A stretch of 55,849 nucleotides of DNA, from NCBI GenBank assembly GCA_035299725.1, contig DATGWB010000004.1, positions 1-55,849 of the forward strand. The letters run 5' to 3'. Source of the stretch: Thermoplasmata archaeon (GTDB lineage Archaea > Thermoplasmatota > Thermoplasmata > RBG-16-68-12). This document shows, in pieces, positions 17,647 to 25,097 of this stretch. Positions within the stretch are counted from its first letter, which is position 1, and each line of letters opens with the position of its first letter. The position numbers were made by a program, and so were the translations under genes. The notes beneath the pieces are model-generated. The model saw only the letters and a program-made list of their open reading frames with translations, had not been told where the DNA came from and ran no database searches.

Positions 17647-18417
17647 TTGCACCGAATGGAAGCGAAGATGGTCCTCCCCGGCGACGAGATCGCCGTCGCG
17701 GAGGAATTCGAGCCCGGCGAGGGGACGTACGAGCGGAACGGACTCGTCTTTGCGGCGACGCCCGGTGTCCTCTTCCTGGACCCGGAGAACCGCGTCGCGC
17801 GGGTACGGGCATTCAACCCGCCCGCGGAACTCAAGGTCGGGGACATCGTGTACGGCGTGGTCGACGACATCCGCGGGATGATGGCGACCGCGACGATTAC
17901 CGCGATCCATGGACGTCCCCGCCAGATCAGTGGCGAGTCGGAAGGGACGATTCACATCTCGAACGTGTCCGAGGAGTACACCGAGGACATTCACGACATG
18001 TACCGACTCGGAGACATCATTCGCGCCAAGGTGATCCAAGTCAAACCGTCGGTGCAGCTGACCACGGCGGAGCGGAATCTCGGGGTCGTGAAAGCCCTCT
18101 GTTCCGTGTGCCGTGGACCCCTCGAGCTACGCGGTCGCGAGCTCTATTGCCCGCGTGACGAGCGAACGGAACGGAGAAAACTCGCCGCCGATTACGCCGA
18201 CCTGAAACTCACCGTGCCCGCAGCCGAACTCGGCGGCGGCAAGGTCGAGGCGAAACATCGTGAGCCTCGCGGTGAGGGGCAGGATCGCGGCGGCCGGGAT
18301 CGAGGTCGGGGTGGCGGGCGCGATCGATTTCGCGACCGCGGCGGGGGTCGAGGTCGTGATGGACAAGGTCCCGGAGGTCGCGGCGGAAGGGATCGGGATC
18401 GCGGACGACGACGGTGA
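17647..18417 (+). CDS. csl4: exosome RNA-binding subunit Csl4 with Arg/Gly-rich C-terminal tail
   Basis: N-terminal VLPGDEIAVAEEFEPGEGTY, an S1 domain (VGDIVYGVV...IHIS...GDIIRAKVI) and a Zn-ribbon remnant CSVC...YCPRD are present, followed by about 60 aa of RG/RGG repeats. Alternative starts lie at 17656 and 17668. Confidence 0.85.
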   Translation: MHRMEAKMVLPGDEIAVAEEFEPGEGTYERNGLVFAATPGVLFLDPENRVARVRAFNPPAELKVGDIVYGVVDDIRGMMATATITAIHGRPRQISGESEGTIHISNVSEEYTEDIHDMYRLGDIIRAKVIQVKPSVQLTTAERNLGVVKALCSVCRGPLELRGRELYCPRDERTERRKLAADYADLKLTVPAAELGGGKVEAKHREPRGEGQDRGGRDRGRGGGRDRFRDRGGGRGRDGQGPGGRGGRDRDRGRRR

Positions 18418-18522
18418 ATCATCGCGAAATTCCGTGACCGTTCCGTTCCGAGAATTAGCATCAAGAATCGAAGGCAAAAAGATAAGAACCTACCCTGTGA
18501 TAGCAGCGGTTAGAGGTTCTGA

Positions 18523-18687
18523 ATGCCCGCTTCCAACGAGGAAGTGATGAAGGAGTTGGCGCGCCTCCGGACGGAGATTCAACAGCTCCGGGAGGTCGTC
18601 AGCGCCCTCTTCAACGCCGTCTTCGAGGAAGGGGACGAGGACTGGGACTCGGTTCCCGAGAAGGACGAATTCAACCTCTACAACTGA
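18523..18687 (+). CDS. 54-aa acidic mini-protein, unknown function (below the ORF-track cutoff)
   Basis: The frame ATG 18523 to TGA 18685-18687 encodes MPASNEEVMKELARLRTEIQQLREVVSALFNAVFEEGDEDWDSVPEKDEFNLYN. Third positions are strongly G/C-rich, as in real genes here. An A/T-rich TATA-like element lies about 40 nt upstream. Confidence 0.5.
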   Translation: MPASNEEVMKELARLRTEIQQLREVVSALFNAVFEEGDEDWDSVPEKDEFNLYN

Positions 18688-18764
18688 TCCGGACGGCGAT
18701 CGAAGTCGAGCTTTTTCGCACGATGCGGGCGCCCAGCCGGGTCCTCTCTTCCCGGTCTCGGCGA

Positions 18765-19022
18765 TCAGACCATCTGGCTCAGTCGCCGCATTCGATCCAT
18801 CGCTCCGCGACAGAACGCGCCGATGTCCCGCAAGGCGATGAGGACCGCGAGCGCCAGGACAAAGCCGAGATCCAACACGCCCGTCCGAAACCACGAGAGC
18901 AGGCTCACCGCGACCAGGATGAGCACGAGGACCGTCAAAATCGTGAAGTCCCTCGTGAGCCGGTCGAGTGCATTCTCCATCGTGAGCCACGCGGACGGTG
19001 CGGTCGACACCATCGAATCCAT
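18765..19022 (-). CDS. small two-TM membrane protein, unknown function
   Basis: This is the C-terminal part of the 486-aa track ORF: ...MENALDRLTRDFTILTVLVLILVAVSLLSWFRTGVLDLGFVLALAVLIAL.... Starts are possible at 19022 or 18980. The rest of the long ORF is an antisense shadow of the E1-like gene. Confidence 0.5.
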   Translation of the reverse strand: MDSMVSTAPSAWLTMENALDRLTRDFTILTVLVLILVAVSLLSWFRTGVLDLGFVLALAVLIALRDIGAFCRGAMDRMRRLSQMV

Positions 19023-19139
19023 GGAATCCCCATCGCCGAGCGGCGCGAGCCGGAAAGAATTTTCCGGTTGTGAAGTGAGCCTGTTCGCGTCGTCCACCGC
19101 GGTGATGGCGGGCGAAAGGCCCATAAGAGGCGCGCCCTT

Positions 19140-20159
19140 TTGCCCACCGTGCGGCCGCCCAATCGGTACCGTCGACAGGAAGTCCTTCCGGAGATTGGTG
19201 TCGAGGGCCAGCGCAAGCTCGCAGGTGCTCGGGCCGTCGTGGTGGGATTGGGGGCCCTCGGGAGCATTTCCTCCGACCTCCTCGCCCGGGCCGGCGTCGG
19301 GCATCTTCGACTCGTCGACCGAGATGTCGTCGAACTCACGAATCTGCAGCGGCAGCTGCTCTACGCCGAACGCGACGTCGACCGGCCGAAGGCGGAGGCC
19401 GCCGCGGATCGCCTCCACTCCGTGAACTCCGAGATCGAGATCGAACCGGTCTCGAAGGACGTCCATTCGGCGACGGTCCGAGAGATCTTGAGCGGCGTCG
19501 ACGTCGTCGTCGATGGGACGGACAATCTTGAGACGCGTTTCCTGATCAACGAGGCCACGATCGAATCGAACGTCCCTTTCGTCTACGGCGGGGCCATCGC
19601 AACGTACGGAATGGCGTTCGCGATGCGACCTCCGGTCACCGCGTGTTTCCGTTGTTTCAACCCGAAGGCGCCTCCTCCCGGCAGCCTGCCGACTTGCGAG
19701 ACCGCGGGCATCTTCAACGCCGCGTCCGCGATGGTCGGGGCGATCCAGGCGGGCGAGGCGATTCGTCTGCTGCTTGGTGAGACGCCGTCCGGCGCTCTGT
19801 ATGTGGTCGACGGATGGCGACCGGACGTCCAGAAAATTCGGATCGCCCGTCGGGCCGATTGTCCGACCTGCGTCCTCGGTGAACGGGAGTATCTGGGCGC
19901 CAAGCGCGCCCAGGTCTTGGCCTCGCTGTGCGGGAGCGACACGATTTCCCTCGATCCGGTCCACCGCGGCACGATCGACATGGAGGCCGTCGCGAATCGG
20001 CTGGCTGTCATCGGGTCGACGCGCCGGGCCGGCCCCGTCCTCGTCGCCGAGGTGGAGGGCCACCGCTTGACAATTTTCCCCGACGGCCGCGCGCTGATTC
20101 GCGGCGTCAAGGATGAGGCAGAAGCCCGCGGGGTCTATGCAAAGTACGTGGGGATTTGA
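19140..20159 (+). CDS. ThiF/MoeB/UbaA-type E1-like adenylyltransferase with an extra ~90-aa C-terminal domain
   Basis: RY.RQ..L.EIG..GQ.KL, Rossmann VVVGLGALGS, DRD.VELTNLQRQ, two CxxC pairs (CFRC, CPTC) and the PTCETAGI loop are present. The C-terminal extension is homologous to ORF 20829-21113. TTG start (alternative GTG at 19149). Confidence 0.85.
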   Translation: MPTVRPPNRYRRQEVLPEIGVEGQRKLAGARAVVVGLGALGSISSDLLARAGVGHLRLVDRDVVELTNLQRQLLYAERDVDRPKAEAAADRLHSVNSEIEIEPVSKDVHSATVREILSGVDVVVDGTDNLETRFLINEATIESNVPFVYGGAIATYGMAFAMRPPVTACFRCFNPKAPPPGSLPTCETAGIFNAASAMVGAIQAGEAIRLLLGETPSGALYVVDGWRPDVQKIRIARRADCPTCVLGEREYLGAKRAQVLASLCGSDTISLDPVHRGTIDMEAVANRLAVIGSTRRAGPVLVAEVEGHRLTIFPDGRALIRGVKDEAEARGVYAKYVGI

Positions 20160-20832
20160 CGTGGTGCGATGCGGTGTGCTCCTGCTCAGTGGCGGCTTCG
20201 ACAGTCCGGTCGCCGGGCACCTCATGGCCCGTCAGGGTCTCGATCTCATCGCGGCCCATTTCTCGCTGGAGCCGATCACCGACGACGCCGCGGCGATCAA
20301 GGTACGGACGCTATGCGGGATTCTGGAAATTGCGTCGTTGTACGTGGTTCGCGTGGGGGAGGCCTTCGCCGAGGTCGCCCACGCCGCCGACCGGCGCTTC
20401 TACTTCATCCTGACGAAGCGCCTGATGGTTCGGCTGGCCGACTCGATTGCGGACCTGGAGGCCGCGGACGTCCTCGTCACGGGGGAGAACCTGGGTCAGG
20501 TCTCGAGTCAGACCGTCGCGAGCCTCCGAGCGATCGACGCCGTCGCGCGCCACCCGATCCTCCGGCCCCTCATCGGCTTCGACAAACAGGAAATCGTGGA
20601 TCGCGCGAAGTCGATTGGCACCTACGAGGTCTCGAAAGGGCCGGAAATCTGCGATCTCCTCGGGCCCCCGCGCCCCTCGACCCATGCGCGGTTGGATCAG
20701 ATCCTCGCCGAGGAGACGAAGCTGGACGTTCCGGGGCTCGTCTCTTCGTGTCTCTCGAGGCTCGTCTCGGAAAAGTTCAAAGCCGACGGGCCTGCTGCAC
20801 AGATTCCCTCGAGCCCGGGGACCGCCGCATGA
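20137..20832 (+). CDS. ThiI-type PP-loop ATPase domain protein (no NFLD/THUMP, no rhodanese domain)
   Basis: LLLSGGFDSPVAGHLM (PP-loop), VTGENLGQVSSQT, ILRPLIGFDKQEIV and GTYE.S are present. The ORF begins directly at the AANH domain. The start is ATG 20137 (overlapping E1) or GTG 20161. Confidence 0.85.
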   Translation: MQSTWGFDVVRCGVLLLSGGFDSPVAGHLMARQGLDLIAAHFSLEPITDDAAAIKVRTLCGILEIASLYVVRVGEAFAEVAHAADRRFYFILTKRLMVRLADSIADLEAADVLVTGENLGQVSSQTVASLRAIDAVARHPILRPLIGFDKQEIVDRAKSIGTYEVSKGPEICDLLGPPRPSTHARLDQILAEETKLDVPGLVSSCLSRLVSEKFKADGPAAQIPSSPGTAA

Positions 20833-21113
20833 GCTACTACCTGCTGAAACCCTGTCGCACCGCGACCGCGTTCATCTCGACCCTGAAGAAGCCGTGGCGC
20901 GTGGATCTCACCGAGGCCGCGGAACGGCTGCGGAGCCGCGGCTGGCGCGTCAGCGACGTAAAGGTGATGCTCATCCTCGAAGGCGAGCCGGAGCTCACCC
21001 TCTACGAGAGCGGCAAGATCCTCGTGAAGACGGATGACGAGAAGGCAGCGCGGGAAGCGATCGACCGCGTGTACGGAGCGATCGGGCCGGTCGCCCCACT
21101 CGCCCCGGTGTGA
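20829..21113 (+). CDS. 94-aa stand-alone homolog of the E1 C-terminal domain (possible single TBP-like fold repeat)
   Basis: ATG 20829-20831 overlaps the ThiI-like stop (ATGA). VMLILEGEPELTLYESGKILVKTDDEKAAREAIDRVYGAIG aligns with VLVAEVEGHRLTIFPDGRALIRGVKDEAEARGVYAKYVG of the E1-like protein. Confidence 0.7.
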   Translation: MSYYLLKPCRTATAFISTLKKPWRVDLTEAAERLRSRGWRVSDVKVMLILEGEPELTLYESGKILVKTDDEKAAREAIDRVYGAIGPVAPLAPV

Positions 21114-21168
21114 CGCTCTCGTTATTGAACGCGGGAAGTTCCGAGAATCTATATACCCCTCCCCGCGA

Positions 21169-21708
21169 ATGATAGTCGCGGAGGAGGATCCCGTCAGGCC
21201 ACGCATCGTGTTTGCCATGGCGGTCACCGGCTTGCTTCTCATCGCCGGGCTCGCGTTCTTGGGTTCCGTCACGTCGGGGACACTGTACGTGTACGTCCGC
21301 GATGCCCCGGTCGAGTGGAGACAATTGAACGTCGTGTTCTCGGACATCCAGGTCCACCGCGCGGACGGGGGAAACGACAGCGGTTGGATTCACCTCCCTC
21401 TGTCCTCGCCGACCATCGATTTCGTCGCCCTCGCGAATCTCTCGCGGCTGCTCGCGCTGGACCGCGCCCCGGCGGGAATGTACACGCAGCTCCGCCTTGT
21501 CGTGAATTCGGTGGACGGAGTCCTGAACGACGGCACACCGGTCACATTCGACGTCCCGAGTGGCGAGCTGAAGACGACGACGCCGTTCGAGTTGCCCGGA
21601 AGCGGGGCCGTCCGCATCACGCTGGACTTCGATCTGGCCAGCTCGATTCATTCGGCCGGCGGGATGTGGATCTTCCGTCCGGTCCTCGGTTCAATTCAGA
21701 TCACCTGA
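21169..21708 (+). CDS. DUF4382-like membrane-anchored protein
   Basis: It has an N-terminal TM/signal anchor followed by ...V.V.D....W..L.V.F..I.VH......GW......P..IDF..L.......L......AG.YTQLRL.V..V.........V..PSG.LK..... An alternative start lies at 21217. Confidence 0.7.
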   Translation: MIVAEEDPVRPRIVFAMAVTGLLLIAGLAFLGSVTSGTLYVYVRDAPVEWRQLNVVFSDIQVHRADGGNDSGWIHLPLSSPTIDFVALANLSRLLALDRAPAGMYTQLRLVVNSVDGVLNDGTPVTFDVPSGELKTTTPFELPGSGAVRITLDFDLASSIHSAGGMWIFRPVLGSIQIT

Positions 21709-21736
21709 GTGGTGTCGGACCGAATCGCCTCGCGGA

Positions 21737-22834
21737 TCACCCGCGGAACGCGATGAGGACGAGATCGACGACGAACAGTAGGACGACGAGGAGCTCCAGG
21801 ATGAGGAGCCGGCGGGCCTCGAGCTCGGCCTCGGCGACCTCGTAGATCTCGCTGAGGTCCTTCATCTTCTCCTCGACGTTCCGCCGCCACGAATCGAGTT
21901 CGAACTTTTTCGCGCACGCCCGGTAGACCTTGCCGAGGAACCAGTCGCCCCAGAGCTTCGAGATGTTGTCGACCTGGAACGACGCCTCGGCGAGGTCCAT
22001 GCGGACCTCGGCCAGCTCTTTCACGGTCTCATGGCCACTCCGCAGAAACGAGCTGCGTGCGAACAGGTCCTCGAGATCGTCGTATGCTTTGTCGACGACC
22101 TTGTCCAAGAACGCATCATACGTGCGCAACTCGAGCAGCTGAAGGTTCGCGAGTTCGAAGACGGTCAGCGTATCTTCATACGAGGCGCTCGGCTCGATCA
22201 CGAGCGCCGCATCCCAATCCAGGACAACGAGGTCGTCCTGGTAGTACGAGAACCAGTTGCGCCACGTGTCGTCGACCTCCTCGTCGCTGATCGCATCCGG
22301 CCGCGGGTCGTTCGCCAGGAGGGCCGTCACCTCGCGTCGCCAGGCGGTTGTGAAGACTCGCACGGGGGTCTCGGTGACGGATACGCAGTAGACCGTGTAC
22401 GGTTCCGGATCGACTTTGACGTCGTACGAATCGTGGAGGAAGGGGACCAGGTCCTCGATGATCCGATCCACGAGGCGTCGGCAGTACGCGTCGAGGCTCT
22501 CTTCCTTGCCCGCGGCTCGGATCCGCAGGCCCGCGAACGGCCGGAGGTCCCGGAGGACGCTCGCCTCGAACGGCGTCCGGACGACGACCGCGAGGGCGCC
22601 GACGCCGTAGAGCTTCACCGCGATCGAGGCGACCAACGATCCGAGGTTCGTCTCGATCGTCCGTTGGTCCACGTAGACCAGGAGGGGTGCCGCGAACCGG
22701 GCGTATCTCGGCGTGGCCCGTTCGGAGAGCATCCGTCCGGCGAGGAAGGGCATGTCGACCGTCCCCTGGATTTCGTCAAGGTCGACCGAGGCTCCGAGGT
22801 CGAAGAGCCGATAGAAGACGACCTCTCCCTTCAT
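21737..22834 (-). CDS. conserved hypothetical protein with C-terminal coiled coil + single TM helix (architecture reminiscent of DUF155/RMD1-YagE family)
   Basis: Clean 365-aa ORF with genome-typical codon bias, ending in AELEARRLLILELLVVLLFVVDLVLIAF. The family assignment is tentative and based on architecture only. Confidence 0.6.
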   Translation of the reverse strand: MKGEVVFYRLFDLGASVDLDEIQGTVDMPFLAGRMLSERATPRYARFAAPLLVYVDQRTIETNLGSLVASIAVKLYGVGALAVVVRTPFEASVLRDLRPFAGLRIRAAGKEESLDAYCRRLVDRIIEDLVPFLHDSYDVKVDPEPYTVYCVSVTETPVRVFTTAWRREVTALLANDPRPDAISDEEVDDTWRNWFSYYQDDLVVLDWDAALVIEPSASYEDTLTVFELANLQLLELRTYDAFLDKVVDKAYDDLEDLFARSSFLRSGHETVKELAEVRMDLAEASFQVDNISKLWGDWFLGKVYRACAKKFELDSWRRNVEEKMKDLSEIYEVAEAELEARRLLILELLVVLLFVVDLVLIAFRG

Positions 22835-22882
22835 CGGGGCCGCGCAAGTTGGCGAAGGGACTTAAGGGCTCCGGTGGACGCC

Positions 22883-23668
22883 TCACTCGCCGTACCGCCG
22901 TGCCCGCATCTGATACGACCGCAACGCCCGCAGAAAATCGATTTTGCGGAAGCCGGGCCAGTAGACGTCCACGAAATACAATTCGGAATAGGCGAGCTGC
23001 CAGAGGAGGAAGTTCGAGATCCTCTCCTCGCCGCTCGTGCGCAAGACCAAATCCGGATCCGGCATGTCGGCGGTGTACAGACGCTTCGAGAAGAACTTCT
23101 CGTCGATGTCGTGCGGGTCCACCTTCCCGGCCTGGGCGTCGCGCACGACGTCTCGAATCGCTTGGAGGATTTCCTCGCGGCCCCCGTACGCGACGGCGAG
23201 GTTGAAGCGATAGCTGTCGTACTCCTTCGTCCGAGCCTCCGCATACTCGATCGCTTCGATGACCTCCGCGGGCAGGAGTTCGCGGTCCCCGAACACGTTG
23301 ATCCGGATCTTGTGCCGGTGGACACGGTCGTCGTCGCCGACCTTTCGGAAGTTCTCGGCGAAGAGGTGCATCAGATGCTGGATCTCCTCGCTCGGTCGGC
23401 GCAGATTCTCGGTGGAGAACGCGAACACGGTGAGGATGCGGACGCCGACCTCGAGACACCATTCGAGGACCTCCTCGAGTTTGTCCCGGCCCTTCACGTG
23501 GCCGTCGAGGACGTTCCCGAGGCCGATCTCCCGCGCGAACCGGCGGTTCCCATCCATGATGATGGCCACGTGGTGGGGGATCGCGGCCTGTCGGACCTGA
23601 TGGAGGAGCCGACGTTCGTACGCCTGATATGCGGCGTCGCTGATGATCTTCGAAATGTCCGTCGGCAT
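22883..23668 (-). CDS. uppS: cis-prenyltransferase (undecaprenyl/dolichol-type diphosphate synthase)
   Basis: HVAIIMDGNRRFA, FAFSTENL.R, LRTSGE.R.SNFLLWQ.AYSE. and W.DF...D present. Confidence 0.92.
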   Translation of the reverse strand: MPTDISKIISDAAYQAYERRLLHQVRQAAIPHHVAIIMDGNRRFAREIGLGNVLDGHVKGRDKLEEVLEWCLEVGVRILTVFAFSTENLRRPSEEIQHLMHLFAENFRKVGDDDRVHRHKIRINVFGDRELLPAEVIEAIEYAEARTKEYDSYRFNLAVAYGGREEILQAIRDVVRDAQAGKVDPHDIDEKFFSKRLYTADMPDPDLVLRTSGEERISNFLLWQLAYSELYFVDVYWPGFRKIDFLRALRSYQMRARRYGE

Positions 23669-23849
23669 CGACGGTTTCTCACGAGTGGGCCCGACCTATT
23701 TATCCATTCGCGGCCCCGTTCACCGGGAGGCGTCCGCGGTCCGGTCCGCTGCCGGTCGTCGTCCGATCGGTTCGTCGGACCCACCCGCAAACCTTTAAGT
23801 ATCGTCCTCAAATTGGTGCAACCAGTTCTTCATCCGACAGCGTGGTTTA

Positions 23850-24698
23850 GTGGCCTTATCGATGAAATTGAGTGAGTATCAGGACCTTTACCGGAGGCTC
23901 TCGACCGCGGAGGACATCGATTTTCTGGCCGAGAACTTTGGACTCGACAAGGAGCTGCTCCTGGTCATCTACACGCAACGCATCGTGCGCGAGACGACGA
24001 AGAAGTTCTATCGGGTGAAGGCGCAAGCGCGCCGCCTCGCGTTCATGTGGCAGAACGGGGAGAGCCTTTTGGGGATTGCCCGCAAGTTCGAGTTCCCTCC
24101 GATCTTGACCGCTCTAATGGTGCTCGAGCAACGGAAGATTTCGCGGAAACAGTTCTGGAAAATGATCAACGAACTAGACAGCGTGAAGGACCGGCGTTTG
24201 CGCCGAGAGCTCGCGGAGGTGAACCGGGCAGACATCGTGTATTCGCCGGAGGGCAGCGCCCGCCAGTACGCCCGCGGACGTTGGGGCGAGGCGAAGCTCC
24301 AGACGTGGCTCGACGCGCGCAGCCTGCAGTACGAGACGGAGAAAGACCTCCGCGCAAAGTACGACAAGACGCCCGATATTTTGCTCCACAAGCCGATCGA
24401 GATGAACGGCTCGCGGAAATACTGGATCGAGTCCAAGGCGACGTTCGGGGATCCGTACGAGATCCGACGCCACCTGCGCAAGCAGCTGCAGCCGTACAGC
24501 GACATGTTCGGCGATGGCGCCGTCGTCTACTGGTTCGGCCACGTCGACGACCAGAAATACGATCTGCCGGAGGGCGTCGACATCGTCAGTCCGACGTTCT
24601 TCGAGACCCCGCCCCTCCCGTTCCCGTACGTCCCCGTGGGGGAAGGGCGACTCGAGGAACCCACCGTGGAATCAGACGGCCTCGGCCTTCGAGAGTGA
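23850..24698 (+). CDS. TPD-motif / CDIN1(C15orf41)-like PD-(D/E)XK nuclease-fold protein
   Basis: 282 aa with a helical N-terminal half. The C-terminal half carries YDKTPDILL...GSRKYWIESKATFG, i.e. a (T)PD ... E-x-K nuclease-type signature. An alternative start lies at 23862. Confidence 0.65.
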   Translation: MALSMKLSEYQDLYRRLSTAEDIDFLAENFGLDKELLLVIYTQRIVRETTKKFYRVKAQARRLAFMWQNGESLLGIARKFEFPPILTALMVLEQRKISRKQFWKMINELDSVKDRRLRRELAEVNRADIVYSPEGSARQYARGRWGEAKLQTWLDARSLQYETEKDLRAKYDKTPDILLHKPIEMNGSRKYWIESKATFGDPYEIRRHLRKQLQPYSDMFGDGAVVYWFGHVDDQKYDLPEGVDIVSPTFFETPPLPFPYVPVGEGRLEEPTVESDGLGLRE

Positions 24699-24713
24699 AC
24701 AGGGCCGGAAACG

Positions 24714-24720
24714 TTTAAGT
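24714..24720 (+). promoter_or_regulatory. putative archaeal TATA box upstream of aIF1A
   Basis: TTTAAGT sits in an otherwise GC-rich spacer, about 27 nt upstream of GTG 24744. Confidence 0.35.
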
Positions 24721-24743
24721 CCTCTCTCCCCTTGGTTCCAAGT

Positions 24744-25052
24744 GTGGCTGAACAAGAGGAGGTTGTCCGCGTCCGCATGCCCCGGTCGAAAGACGGGGAA
24801 ATCCTCGGGATCGCGGACCAACTTCTCGGGGCCTCGCGGATTCGCGTGATGTGCCAGGACGGGAAGAGCCGCCTCGGTCGCATCCCGGGGAAGCTGAAGA
24901 AGCGCATGTGGATTCGCGAGGGCGACCTCCTCGTAGTGAAGGTCTGGCAGTTCCAAGATGAGAAGTGCGACATCAAACACCGGTACACGAAGACCGAATC
25001 GACCTACATGAGCCGCCGCGGCCTGATCCCGAAATCGATTAACATCTTCTGA
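24744..25052 (+). CDS. eif1a: translation initiation factor 1A (aIF1A)
   Basis: VRMP...GEILG....LGA.R.RV.C.DGK.RLGRIPGKLKKRMWIREGD.V.V..W......K.DI..RY present. I prefer GTG 24744, about 27 nt after the TATA-like TTTAAGT. TTG 24732 is the alternative. Confidence 0.9.
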   Translation: MAEQEEVVRVRMPRSKDGEILGIADQLLGASRIRVMCQDGKSRLGRIPGKLKKRMWIREGDLLVVKVWQFQDEKCDIKHRYTKTESTYMSRRGLIPKSINIF

Positions 25053-25097
25053 CGACCCACAAAGCTCTTAGTCGAGGGGAATGTTCGTTTTCTCGGC

